Part shown: positions 49,791-62,873 of the stretch, one piece after another
Numbering within the stretch: position 1 is the stretch's first letter
Layout of the letters: each line of letters opens with the position of its first letter
NCBI RefSeq assembly: GCF_006345805.1
Contig: NC_043005.1
Span: 70,122,001-70,186,000, forward strand
From: Octopus sinensis
Taxonomy: Eukaryota
DNA: 64,000 nucleotides
Direction: 5' to 3'
The notes under the pieces: generated by a model
Databases searched by the model: none
Told to the model about the DNA's origin: nothing
Seen by the model: only the letters and a program-made list of their open reading frames with translations
Translations under genes and position numbers: made by a program

Positions 49791-52229
49791 CCTTTCCATA
49801 TCTAACTTGATTTTGCTGAGATATATCACTTGATACTCATGCAGAAGCTTCCTTTTGCTAGTCTACTATTTTGAATTCTAATATATATTTTTAGTGTCTG
49901 TCTGCTTGTTTTAATCATATAAATGTTTTCCTCGCTCTCGTACTCATAATCGTGTTCTGACTCACCCCGTATTTTTTGTTTCTTACTTTGAAAACCAGAA
50001 ACATATTTTTACCACTTATGCAGTTTCGTGTATAGTTTCTATTTCATAATTTACTAAACATAAAGGATATCATGCAGCAACATTCTACGATATCATTATA
50101 GTTGCACTACCTTTACATATTCTTTGTAGATACAGTTTTTCACTGCTTTCAAGTAGGTACAATCTATAAATACCTCACTATATATAATCTTTCTTTTAAG
50201 CTTTTTAATGGCATATCCTAAATACCGTCATTGTTTTCCTGTCTAGTTCTAAGAATTCGTTTACTTCCTGCTCACAATATAAGTATAACATATAACTGAA
50301 ACAGCTGCAACTGTTGTTCTCGACATTATAGACTTCTCGTGATTATTCATTCACATTTCCGAAGGCTGTTGCAATAGCTCTTGTTGTCTGATTGTAAGTC
50401 AACGTCTATGGAACATACAGATTGTCAAATGCATATAATCCGTGACCATAAAATATTTTTCCAGTTCTATCTAGGTCTACATTATTGAATACGCCTTTTC
50501 ATGATGATTCATTGTGGTTTGTAGGAGAGTTCGTAGTTATTTCATTTTCATTATTTCTTCATATAATTCTCTAAGGGATGTCTTGAACCACTATATAATG
50601 GCTCAGATATATTCTACTGTCTTCCATGATTTTCTATCCTCACGATAAGGTCAAATAGTATTCTCTCACTTAAGCATGCAAAATTATTTCTTTCAGTTCC
50701 GTACTTTCTCTTTACTTTTCCGGTTTAATAATGCTTGCTTCAGTTATAATAATCCGTTTCCATTTTTATTCCTCTTCCTGTCGTTTTATTGGTTCGAATC
50801 AGATAAGCGCTGAACGAATACAAGCGCGATCAAAATCGTTTCTTCCATTGCCATCACATATAATTGTAGACCATAGATAATGTTGGTTATTATGTTGCTT
50901 TTTAAATATAGTATGATGTGGTTTAATATCGGTTTGGCAGGTATTTCTGCAAACATAATCAAGAACGCTGGTTCTTCTTTACTGGCTCATCAAGTGAAGA
51001 CCGTTCTTTTGATTCTATTCCCATTTGTAACTCTACCAACATTATCTAATATTTGTTAGATGGTTCGACACGAAGATTATGTAGCTGCTCCCTATTGTCT
51101 GTCGAGCGACAAATTTGAAACACCCTTGTTGAATTGTTGTTTCTTCTCTTTGCACGATCGGTCACTGTTCATTCTGATGTGCCTTATTTATAAAATGTAT
51201 CCAGAGTATTATTATTCTCGTTACAATGATTGCTATTATCACTACTATACGTAAACCGTAATAATCATGTATTTGCTGTTCATATTGGCCCTACTCTAGT
51301 ACCATCTGTTTAGATTAATATTGTTATTTGGTAATTATTCCCAATACTCGGATAATTTATATAATCTCCCGTTTTTGTTTGGAAGATGGTGTCCCACTAC
51401 TGCAGTTGTGGGGGAAATCTCCAGCTAATCACTTTGCAACCGTATTGAAATATTGACGTGCGTTTTTCTCCTACAGATAACAGCAGATAATGCACAGAAA
51501 TATGGGTATATTAAGCTGAACCCTTTTTCCGTTCACTCTATAGTGTATAGTGATAGAATATGTCCGAGTTCAGAAGTATATTAGGAAAGCTATAGTTGAT
51601 TAACACCTCTTACAACTCTTTCATCGATCTCTTAATAGATCTTATGCAATGTTCTCATTAGAGATATTTGAATTAATATTGCAATATATTTTATCCACTG
51701 CTCAATTAATCTTTCGTATATTGCTCTTCAAATAAGCGTTTGTGATAATACCATAAGGTTATAATTTAGTAATTATTTTATCTGCACCAGAAATATAAAG
51801 CAGAATTATCATATCGGCAGGGTGAGAATTTAGGCTATAAAGAAATGGTAAATAGATAGCTCGGAACTATCCATCACCAATGCTTTACCCATAGCAAAAC
51901 TGACAGTAAAAGTAATGGTTTCTAAAGCAGGCTCATAGCCACATATTTACTGTGTGAGAGCACTCAATTATATGCAGGTATTTCCATTTATTTTATGGAT
52001 CTAGAAAAGGTGAGAGACATAAAATAAATTGCAATTGTGTTTCAGCCTCAGAAGGAGAGAAAAACAGTTAGACTAAGGTGAAATTGAATTTTGAGCTCAG
52101 GACTGTAACCATTTCTACATTTTAGATATGATAAAAACAAATGAAACAAAGTTGATTTCTCAGCACCGACGCATCATTTAAGTGGAATACGTAAAATGTG
52201 AAGCAAAACTAAAAAGGAAATGAAAAACG

Positions 52230-52381
<152 letters not shown>

Positions 52382-52989
52382 TATATGAAGAGTTATATGA
52401 AAGGAGGTGAGGATGATAAACATCAAATGGGTAACCATCTAATAATTTAAACAGCCGAACGTTATGAAAAACGCTTAAAATTTAAGCAAAGTATCACTAA
52501 AATACTCTCATTTATGAGATATTAAATCTCATTCCTTCTAAAATTTTCCAACTCGTCGTATACCTACGTCAGATGTGTTATTCAGTAAGGGTCGACGAGT
52601 TGTTTACTTGTCGATGCAAGCAAGTGTTACTCCCGATATAGTTCTTCAAATTCTTAGCATATATTCATTTTGTGTTCTCTACATTTGGGCTATTTTTTTG
52701 TTTTTGTCGCTCATCAATGGCTAACCTTATCCCGCAGAGAACGAAAAAGTCATACGATTTTCTTGTGTTGTACCTTGCAATTATTTGTTCCTTTAACCTT
52801 TGATTGGTTTTTATTCCCATGTTTGTGTATCAGTTTTTCTTTTTGTTACATTCACCTTATTAATTGCTCTTTTTTCTTGCACTTTATTGCGGTGCCATAT
52901 GATGGAATAGTACTGCTGGGGATGCGAAATATTTTCACTCTTTCTGTCTGTATAATTAACGAGTGGCCCCTCGTATGAACGATGGATCT

Positions 52990-53461
52990 GACTTGCCTTC
53001 ATCTTTACCAAAAAGTTTGAGGGCATCCATGAATAACAAATGGTTGACTTTTTGCTGGCTGCTTTTGAATACATACCCAACTTTTGCTTTCCTCAGAATC
53101 AGTGTCAGTGGTATCAAGCACAGTACAAAGATCAGTGAGGATAGGCAGTCTCCTTGGAAGATGCCCTTCCCAGTTCCTACTCTCCCTAAGCTTCTTCCAT
53201 ATGCTGTCAGGCCCGTCCTCCATTTCACCATACTTTTTCCAAGTAATCGCTCAACATTCAATGCAATCCCAAATAGGTTCATACACTCCATAATCCAAGA
53301 ATGTGGGATCATATCGTCTGCCTTACGATAGTCGATCCACGACATGGCTAAGTTGCTTTTTCTCCTCTATCATCTCTGAGTACAGCTTTATCTATCAGAA
53401 GTTGATCCTTGGTATCTCTGCATTTACGCTGGCAACACTTCTGCTCATGTGGCAGGACTCC
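52990..53461 (-). mobile_element. R4/Dong-clade reverse transcriptase fragment
   Basis: [23 protein letters not shown]...[31 protein letters not shown]...GIFQGDCLSSLIFVLCLIPL...VNHLLFMDALKLFGK. The central part is nearly identical to the 35537 fragment. Confidence 0.9.
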
Positions 53462-53479
53462 ATTTATTATTATTATTAC

Positions 53480-53528
<49 letters not shown>

Positions 53529-53552
53529 GATATTATTTTTATTATATTATTA

Positions 53553-53586
<34 letters not shown>

Positions 53587-53621
53587 TATTATTATTATTA
53601 TTTTTATTATTATTATTATTA

Positions 53622-53670
<49 letters not shown>

Positions 53671-53697
53671 TTATCATTATTATTATTATTATTATTA
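53462..53697. repeat. (TTA/TAA)n microsatellite
   Basis: Directly visible, about 235 bp. Confidence 0.97.
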
Positions 53698-53785
53698 AGG
53701 CGCCGTGATTGTAGAATCCTTAGCACGCCGGACAAAATGGTTAGCGGTATTTCGTCCGACTTTACTTTCTGAGTTCAAATTCCAT
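53698..53785 (+). mobile_element. SINE family B head fragment
   Basis: taa|ggcgccgtgattgtagaatccttagcacgccgg...ctgagttcaaattcc. Confidence 0.75.
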
Positions 53786-55191
53786 ACAGGATTCTTTAAA
53801 CTCGTTCTTTTTTTATCCGTTTATTAGCTTCCGAATGACAGCTGAGGCCACGCTGGAACACCGCCAGGAATTTCTACTGCTTTAAGTGTACTTTAGTGAA
53901 TAAAAGTACATTATACGTCTGCTCTGTCGATTCGTCTGGAACTGCATATAGTAGGTCATCCATTAGTTAGTTGAATACATCTACATCCACTGCCTGTAGA
54001 GTTCTCAATTTTTTTGACAAGTTATTAAAGGAGCCCCGAGCCTTTGAAGCTTAAGGTTCTGCGAAATATGGCCTCGATTTCCCAAGACAACACTTTGATC
54101 TTCAGAACTTGCAACGCTGACCAATTCAACGCGTTCTAGACTTCTGCATGTCGTAATTTCGAACTTGCATAACATTTGAGAATAGTACATTTTACTCTAT
54201 ATTGCAGCGACACGTTCGGGAAGTGGTATAACTTTCTATGCCGAATTTTGAAAGCAGCCCTTCAAGTTTCTGAAGAATTTGAAAATCAATTGCTTATCAG
54301 AGTAACAGCCATCTCCATTTAGACTTAGACATTCCGTTGAACATTCTGACTAGTGTCAGGCAATTTTATGATAATAGTAGTTGTATCTAGATTAAAATAT
54401 ATGAAGAAAAATTTCCTTGGCAGCTATCAACAACTGATAAACATGAATTAATATTCACAAAAGATACGGTTGTGATGTCTTTACAGTATTTGTCTCTCAG
54501 ATCTGTAATCAATCTTTACTTGAATAATTTTTCAAATTCTCGGAACATATCCATCAAATTCTGAAATACTTCCACACGGCAAAATGTATTCAAGTATTTA
54601 AGTAGTAGTTATGCACAGGTGAAACTATTGATTCTTTATATTCACGTGAAGAATAGTTAGTTATAACATCACTTTTGACATTTGTGGAAACAGATTTGCA
54701 AATAAATATTTACGTATATTTCTATTTGAGCATATGCAGCTGCTTTTGAAATCTTTTCTGATAAGCTTCGAAAGGGGATATAGCATTTGCAACTGAACTG
54801 TTCAGTAATTGTAGGTTATTGGTTTAAAAGTTGATAACGAGTGCATAATGATTGTTGATTTATATTAACGTATTCGATATATGACATATGGGTGCTGAAT
54901 CTTTCGCTAAAATCTGACAAAATAATATGCAAGATATATCGCATAGTTCTATAAAAGAAAAAGAGAATAATTTATACAACTAACCATTGAATTTCTTGAA
55001 CAACGGGAAAAATTGCTTACAGCCATAATTAAAATTGACTTATTATTGAAGTGATTTTCTTCGTATAAAGAATGTTAACAACATTAACTGACAGTCATCA
55101 AATCTCATAACTCGTTTTGTCATATCGAGAATATTGAAACAGTGCTTCCTTGAATTATAATCTAAAGCATAGTAAATTTATTCATTTTCAG

Positions 55192-55258
55192 GTTTACCGA
55201 CTGAAGTATTTAATATCAACGCTGTATACAACCTCTTGAAAACACTAGGTATTATAGC
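55192..55258 (+). CDS. Candidate 67-nt internal exon of an unidentified host gene
   Basis: Acceptor atttattcattttcag|, donor |gtaagt. Only one frame is open: (G)LPTEVFNINAVYNLLKTLGII(A). No family recognised. Confidence 0.3.
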
Positions 55259-56489
55259 GTAAGTATTGATTCTACCAATAAATTGCTCTAGATGTGGTAT
55301 TGATTTGCAGCTATTTAAACCGCAGTAGCAAATAAATGTTTTGGCTGCAGATATATTTCTGTAAAAGGTGACAGAATATCAATAATTGATAACTACCGAC
55401 AGATCACAATTGGGTATTAAGGGTATATAAACCACAATCGTCAATCACAGAATTAGGTAAACTTCTGGTTAAAATGGTATAAGCATATTAATTTATATTT
55501 CTTTATATTCTAATCCAAACACATTCTGTTGACATATACAGTTTAACAAAAGACCTAAATAGTTCATTAATTAGGGTCGTGTTACACAAAAGTTAATAGA
55601 CTCAAGTATATTTTACCTATTCAATATTACAATAACAAGATCCTTAGATACCATGACGGTGCAATTAAACAGCACCTTGGCATTATTAATTAACAAATCG
55701 CTTACACATATTCTCAGGATCAATGAAATTTTGTTTAGGTGTGACTAGAAGTCTAACAAAACAAAAACAGGATGCCTGCTCCGAATGATAGCAATAATGG
55801 AGTCTTATAATGATACTTGCCAGTCTTTTAAATATAGGAGATACACTAAATCCAACTGCCTGCAGTATAGTTTTCATTTATCCAGTTTCAGTGATGATTT
55901 TGGACAACCCGAGGCTATATTTCAGGATGCATGATCAAGATCATGTACAACAGGATTGGACTTGGTTCCACAGGATTACAAAACGATTGTCTTCACTCAA
56001 ATGGAATCCCTGAACAAATAAAAGTTATTACTCAATGTTCTGAATATCAATTTTAAAGATAACATTTAAAAAACAGTATTCTTTCGTTATGCATGAGACT
56101 GGGACAGCTTATGTAGGCAAAATAAAAGGTTCACTGCCACTAGCATCTGCTCTTTGCAGGAGCGATCTGAGTTTCTTGTAGAACATCTTCACATGATGTT
56201 TTCACATCAGTTTTAATTATATCAATTTTAATAAGTATTAAACATTAAATTAATGAGTATTGGTGAACACCATACAGATTAGGACAAAACAATTTGCAGC
56301 ACTTTCTAATACCACTTTAAATCCTTACTTCAAATGTCTTAGATTTTGGTCTTTGCCTTTCATCTTACCAAGAAAATATTATCCTAAGCACTCATGTCTG
56401 TGAGTGATATGTATAAATATGTAACCTCTGCATAAAATGTGAGGTTGTGAGACTGTTAGAAAATAATCTCGCTTTTCTATCTTTTTTAA

Positions 56490-56803
56490 TATAGCCACAG
56501 GGACTGAAATTTCGGAGACAGGGATAAGTCGACTACATTGAACTCAGGACGTAGAGACGGACGAAATGCCTATTTCTTTATAACCCACAAGGGGCTAAAC
56601 ACAGAGAGGACAAACAAGGACAGACAAACGGATTAAGTCGAGTATATCGACCCCAGTGCGTAAGTGGTACTTAATTTATCGACCCCGAAAGGATGAAAGT
56701 CAAAGTCGACCTTGGCGGAATTAGAACTCAGAACGTAACGGCAGACGAAATAAGGCTAAGCATTTCACCCGGCGTACTAACGTTTCGGCCAACTCGCCGA
56801 CTC
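56490..56803 (-). mobile_element. SINE family B (H-X-Y plus deleted X/tail)
   Basis: ctatttctttataacccacaaggggctaaacac...gaactcagaacgtaacggcagacgaaata...ccaactcgcc. Confidence 0.88.
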
Positions 56804-57467
56804 ACTGTTAGAAAATAATATAGACTTTATGCTTGTGGTCATATAGCAGTTTGTTTGCATATTCAGAATTTATAAAACTGAAGTCGATAATAATAATAAA
56901 ATTAAATAATTCAGTTTTAGATTCACTACTGTTGAATATAGGACGCAATGGCTACGTTTTACGCATGTTGACCATAAACCAGTTTTATTAGTGTTGAACA
57001 ATGGCTGAAGAGCAATAAATATTACACGCCACCATATGTTGGTTATCAACTATAACTAAGCAAGATGTTTTTATAATGTTTATATTGTCAAAGCACAGTA
57101 ATTGTGGTCTATTATAATTCTTGTATAATGAAAACATTTTACAAAGAAAAACCATTTCTTAACATAGGCGTCAGCTCTAGGTCACAGTTATGTTTATAAG
57201 TATTTTTATATATTATTCATTTTCTTTAGATTTTTTTGGCAAATTGTGGAAACGTCTTTGTATAAATTAACTAATGCAATACTGCCATCACCTATTTTAT
57301 CTATCTTCTAGAGAAGACAACTAACTTAACAGACACACAGACGAGCTTTTCTAGTTTGTAACCGTATACCATAAGAGAGCTTGAGGATTTTGAAATAGTA
57401 CAATATCTCAGCCGTCAAACACGAAACAGATTCACATATAAACACACACGCACACATATTTGTATAC

Positions 57468-57469
<2 letters not shown>

Positions 57470-57535
<66 letters not shown>

Positions 57536-57687
57536 CATATATATATACATACACATACATATATATATATATGTAAATATATATATATATATATATATAT
57601 AGATAGATATATGTATATAAATGCATATATATATATAACTAAATCTCTCTATATATACGCATATATGTATATATATGTATATATATT

Positions 57688-57720
<33 letters not shown>
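57470..57720. repeat. (TA)n microsatellite block
   Basis: Directly visible. Confidence 0.95.
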
Positions 57721-57722
<2 letters not shown>

Positions 57723-57828
57723 GAAAAAGATTAGAGATCCATATAAGTCATTTTTTATATATAAGTGATGGAGGTGGAAATATCACTGAATGAATTTTGA
57801 GACATTTCAATTCAAGAAGGAATTTAAT

Positions 57829-58113
57829 CAATTGCAGCGTGGAAGGTCTTTATAAGCCATTTGAGAACACACAAAAACCGTTACATTCACTTCAACTTTT
57901 AAATTTAATTTGTGTCAAAATATTTTCGTCGCTTTGAAACCGCGACCTCTTTACTGAAAAAATTCCGTGCTGCATCTGTTTTTCCAGTGGACAGGTCGTG
58001 ATTTCAAAGCATCGAAAATATTTTGACACAAATTTAATTTAAACGTTGAAGTGAATCTAACGGGTATTTTTTGTGCGTTCTTAATTGGCTAATATACATC
58101 TCCACTGCAATTG
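57829..58113. mobile_element. Palindromic (foldback) MITE-like element
   Basis: About 120-bp inverted arms, caattgcag...cattcacttcaac..aatttgtgtcaaaatattttcg..gctttgaaaccgcgacct and aggtcgtgatttcaaagc..cgaaaatattttgacacaaatt..gttgaagtgaat...ctgcaattg, around a spacer of about 40 nt. Confidence 0.85.
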
Positions 58114-58343
58114 CTTTTGTTTGAGCACAAGATTTCAGATGAAGTCACTTGCTATTCAAGTACATCTCTGTAAACGAATTTAATAAAATTGACTGATAAA
58201 TTTATATAAACAGGTTTATAAAGAAAAGATTCTGCTGGCTTCGATGAATCACATCTATTCAAATATCAGTAAAAGTTTACAAAAATTTGAAATAAAAACA
58301 GTTTGTTTTCCGTCTGGATGTCAAAAATATTTCCAGATATCTC

Positions 58344-58615
58344 CAGCCTTGTGAGTGGATTTGGTAAACGAAAACTGAAAGAAGCCCGTCATGTATATAT
58401 GTCTGTATGTGTGCTTCCATTTGTGTTTGTGTTTGTCTCCCATCATAGCCGCACAACCAATGTTGGTATGTCGCCATAACTTAGCGGCTCGGCAAAAGAA
58501 ATCGGTAGAAGAACTACTAGGCTTACAAAGAATAAGTCCTGGGGTAGATTTATTCGACTAAAGGCGGTGCTCTAGCATGGTCGAAGTCGAATACTTGAAA
58601 CACGTAAAAGAAATA
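58344..58615 (+). mobile_element. SINE family A, 5'-truncated
   Basis: gccttgtgagtggatttggtaaacgaaaactgaaagaagcccgtc...cgactaaaggcggtgctctagcatgg. Confidence 0.85.
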
Positions 58616-59174
58616 ACGAATATATATACCAGGGTTGTATAAAAAATAGTGAGCATTCAAGGCATTTGTGCCTTGAAGTCTTGTAGCTTCTTCAGGAGTC
58701 TTGTATGTTATTTCATTTTTTTGAGACTCAAGAATTTTCATACATACCTCGTGTATATATATTATTTATTTCAAGGTCCAATATATGTATTAAAGGCGAT
58801 ACTAATAGTTTTATATGCTGCTTTATATTCATAATAGTTTCATATGCTGCTTTTTCAGTTTTTTCCCATTTCTTCCATTATTCAAATTTTTTATTTTCTT
58901 TATGATATGTGGTTTGCGCCGGAAGAATATGTATGAGGTTTCTCAACATATGAAACTAATAGTAGTGTTTGAATACGTGTATTGTGACATTTAAATAAAT
59001 AATATTTATCTCTCACCAGATGGAGTATATATTTTGCTGAATTTTCTACCACGGAAGACTACATTATATATATAAGTGTGAGTGTATGTGTGAGTGTGTG
59101 CGCGTGTGCCTTCGTGTATATTTATTATCTATAATCCGATCAGTCGTCCCTTTCGCGCATATCTGTCGGATAGT

Positions 59175-59335
59175 GAGAGCTACAAAAAATTCCACTAAGT
59201 AAATACTTAGAAACATGTGGAGAAGGAATATTCAAGATCTTCCCTTTCTATAAATGCCCAAGGAATGACACCTTCTTCAGAAAAAATATGGAACAACAAT
59301 TCATAGCGAAATTCTCCCCAAAATTGAATGGCTGA
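59175..59335 (+). pseudogene. Penelope-like element GIY-YIG endonuclease C-terminal remnant
   Basis: ESYKK(I)PLSKYLETCGEGIFKIFPFYKCPRNDTFFRKNMEQQFIAKFSPKLNG* fits the PLE end pattern ...R...E..FI..F.P.LN. One frameshift in an A run. Confidence 0.6.
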
Positions 59336-61038
59336 AAATATGAAAATCACATCAACTTCCTTATAAACCCATCTGGAACCCTAAGATATATGCTTATGTG
59401 TGTGTGTGTGTATGTATATACATAAATAGAGACATTCTTGCATCCAGATTTTCCAACCCATACCAGCGTGGGAATCAGAGATAGAACAATGATGATGATG
59501 ATGATGATAATAAGTCCAGACAATCTTTTCATTATTCCTCATCAAAATAGAACCCACTTAGAGTAACCACCTGGTCTTTCCGTTTTCACAGACCAAGAAT
59601 CAACTTGTCATCTTCTATTGAAAGAACTGACCATCAGTATAGATATAAACATATTTTTCTGCTTTCTTTCTTCCTTCCATTATTTAATTTTCTTTTCCAT
59701 TGACATTAAAAAAAACACATTTTTTCACTTTGAAAACATCTTTTTCTTTCAGACCCCCTGGTGAGCTGGCTGAACCAAAGTAAGAATCTGTTCTAGTCAC
59801 CTACTTAAAAATATATATTTCTTTATCTCTTGATTAAAACTCTCCCTTTCAGATACAGAGACACATACGCACGCACGCATACAAAAACACACACACACTC
59901 TCACTTTCTCCCTTCACTATCTCCCCATTCCTCTCCCTCTTTTCCTACCCTTTACACTCCACATTACTCTTCTTTTTCTCCTCTCTCTCTCTCTCTCTCT
60001 ACTAATGCTATAAAAAGACACAAAACCCTTAACACAATTTAAATCTCAAGAATCTATTAGAGTAGATGAAAATATAAGATTTGTAAAAACATATGACACG
60101 TTAATAGATATTGGTTTATGTACAGCCATCTGAATACCTTATTTTTTTAATATACGTACATATATATATATGTATATATATAAGTAATTCGTTACATTCA
60201 CCACGTATGTTTTCATGATAGTGAGAACTTTGTGGATGTGGAGTGTTAACTTCTATTTCTAACAAGTGATATTCCAGTACTATAATTTGTTTATTTCTAT
60301 ATTTTACCTATATAGGTTAAACTTGCTGCCCAATTTATTATTATTGTTATTTTAGATAATGATAATATTACTTTATTAAATTTCATATTGTACTGACTCA
60401 TACTATATTCGTTTTGTATGTCGCGGGGGTATTCAAATTAACAAATGCGCACGGCGTAATGAAATGTATATTTTTGGAAATAAATGAATACATTAAGCTT
60501 GGCTGACATTCAAAAGGTGTAATGAATCGATACCAATATATTTGTTCTTGCTCATTGTTATTTTTAATAATGTTAATAATACTTTATTAAATTTTACATA
60601 TATATATATATATATACAGTGAGAGAGAAAGAGAGAGATGTATATATATACACATCTAATGTAGGATAAAATGTTTTCGAAAAACATTTTATCAATGACC
60701 AGCATATAAAAAAAAATACCTTTAAAGGTTAAATTTATAAATAACTTATAAAATAAGGGCAAAAGAAAAATTCTAATGCCAAATATGCCGAAAATAGACA
60801 AAATTGTCCGTAACCATTATAATTTATGCGTCTCGAAACAAGTCGATAGAAATTTCTAAAAAATTCCGTTATTACCGTATTGGTCCCAATTTCAGAGTTA
60901 ATTCATAACAATTTTCTCCTCCTCAGCGATAAATACGTAAGACATAAATGAAATACTTACTCATATTCATGGAAAAAGCAAGCACTAAGACCTAAGCAGA
61001 CCTAAGTACCCCAAATATATCCAAAATAGAAAATCTTC

Positions 61039-61069
<31 letters not shown>

Positions 61070-61084
<15 letters not shown>

Positions 61085-61519
61085 TCAACTTGTGTGTCTG
61101 TGTGTGTAGCTGTGTGTGTGTGTCTGTGTGTTTAACTTCCCGGCACACCTCTTCCAAGCCAACAAATTGTAGAACCACCAAAAATGGGTCACTTAAAATT
61201 TAGGCGAATGAAAATTGAACTGCGCCATTTCAGTTCCGAATTTCATCTCGCAAGTGCAAAAATCGATAACGTGTTTGTTTAGGCCTTATCCATGCATTGA
61301 ATAGTGAACATTACTCTGTCAGCTGTTTGACGTGAACTGTGTTCACCATGCGTGCAAGCAAGCGTAAATTGCATGAAACATAAAAAATCAAGATGTAAAA
61401 ACGAATGGCCGTTTTTCCTATGAATCGTTTGGACTTTGTGAACACATACCAATTGTTTTCATAACATTTTTAACGCTTTGAATTAAATGTCACCATTTTG
61501 CAAAGCCGGGCAATACTGC

Positions 61520-61522
<3 letters not shown>
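61070..61522 (+). mobile_element. Short non-autonomous Helitron-like element
   Basis: 5' (ta)n-aaaactcaacttgtgtgtctgtg resembles the 8670 start. 3' gcaaagccgggcaatactgctac|t resembles the 10524 end (CTAC for CTAG). Confidence 0.5.
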
Positions 61523-61524
<2 letters not shown>

Positions 61525-61558
<34 letters not shown>

Positions 61559-61750
61559 ACCATACATAGGAATATATATTCCTATTTCCAGGTATAGATA
61601 GACAGAAAGGCAAACAGATAGATAGATAGGTACGTACGTACGTACATACATACATACATACATACATACATACATACATACATACATACATACATACATG
61701 CATATATACATACATACATACATATACATAAACAGACAGAAACAGAGACA
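61525..61750. repeat. (TA)n and (TACA)n/(GATA) microsatellites
   Basis: Directly visible. Confidence 0.95.
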
Positions 61751-62644
61751 GAAAATGCCCCTCCACAAAATTTTTAGTTACTGAATTTCAATTGCAAGAA
61801 GGACAACTTTTACTCACCCGTCCACTTCAAACGATCACCTTTTGGGTGAAAGATACTTGAAACATAAACAGCACGGTTGCACTCACTCTTCTTTAGTGCG
61901 AGGTGATGTTGGTATATCTTGTAAATGTAAAAATAAGAAATGTATGGTTAACAATAAGAAATGATAGCTATTCACATTTTCATGGTATAAATTACATAGA
62001 AATATATGCTAGAAAATTAAATTTCAATTTTCAAATTGTATTACTACATGATTTGCTAACATTATTTATCAAATTTCTGTTATCACCGATATAAATGCAT
62101 CACCAAATCACTTTTCGTCATGTTGGTGCCTTGCGGTATCCAAAATATGTATTCATTGCCTGCTGCAGTTTCTTTTGTTTGATTTTCGTGTCGATATAAG
62201 TGTCAAATAGTTCTTTAAAGCCATGCATAAATAATACAAACTGAAGGCACATAGCTCAGTGGTTAGACCGTCGGCCTCATAGCTATGTCGGTGCCTTGCA
62301 GTATCCAAATGTTGTTTCCATTGCTTGCAGCAATTCTTTTTTGTCTGTCTTTCGTGTCGATATACGTGTCAAATAGTTATTTAAAGCCATGCAATTACGA
62401 TCAATCTGTACTATGATGTCTTTGTTTAGCAGGTCGTTTTGCATCACACATTTGGTTAACTTTTACCTGATATCAATAATTGCATGTCTTATTTGTGAAG
62501 CATATTCTTCACGAGAGTAAAGTTAGTAAACGCCACTGGTTGTCTGTTACTATTCTTGCTCAGCATGGCTAAACTTGAACGTAATTATTCTGTTGCACAG
62601 ACATGAATTAATTATTCCATTTGATTCTCAAAAAAAAAAATTTT

Positions 62645-62873
62645 TTTCATTACTACCCACAAGGGGCTAAACACAGAGGGGACAAACAAGGACAGACAAA
62701 CGGATTAAGTTGTCTACATTGACTCCAGTGCGTAACTGGTACTTAATTTATCGACCCCGAAAGGATGAAAGGCAAAGTCGACCGCGGCGGAATTTGAACT
62801 CGGAACGTAACGACAGACGAAATACGGCTACGCATTTTGCCCGGCATGCTAACGTTGCTGCCAGCTCACCGCC
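62645..62873 (-). mobile_element. SINE family B (H-X-Y)
   Basis: ttactacccacaaggggctaaacac...ccagctcaccgcc. Confidence 0.92.

Noticed and set aside
50100-51500. Possible Gypsy RNase H/integrase remnant on the minus strand
   Set aside because: Only faint similarities (TTNSPTNHNES versus TSPYHPQSNG); no LTRs or intact motifs.
52960-52975. gagtggcccctcgTA resembling a mariner 3' TIR end next to the Dong fragment
   Set aside because: No matching opposite TIR or transposase sequence found nearby.
53409-53772. Signal-peptide-like poly-Leu/Ile/Tyr ORFs
   Set aside because: Translations of (TTA)n.
55790-56013. Cys-containing or RT-like peptides (MESYNDTCQSFKYRRYTKSNC; HVQQDWTWFH...WNP)
   Set aside because: Short, stop-bounded and ambiguous between frames; no family can be supported.
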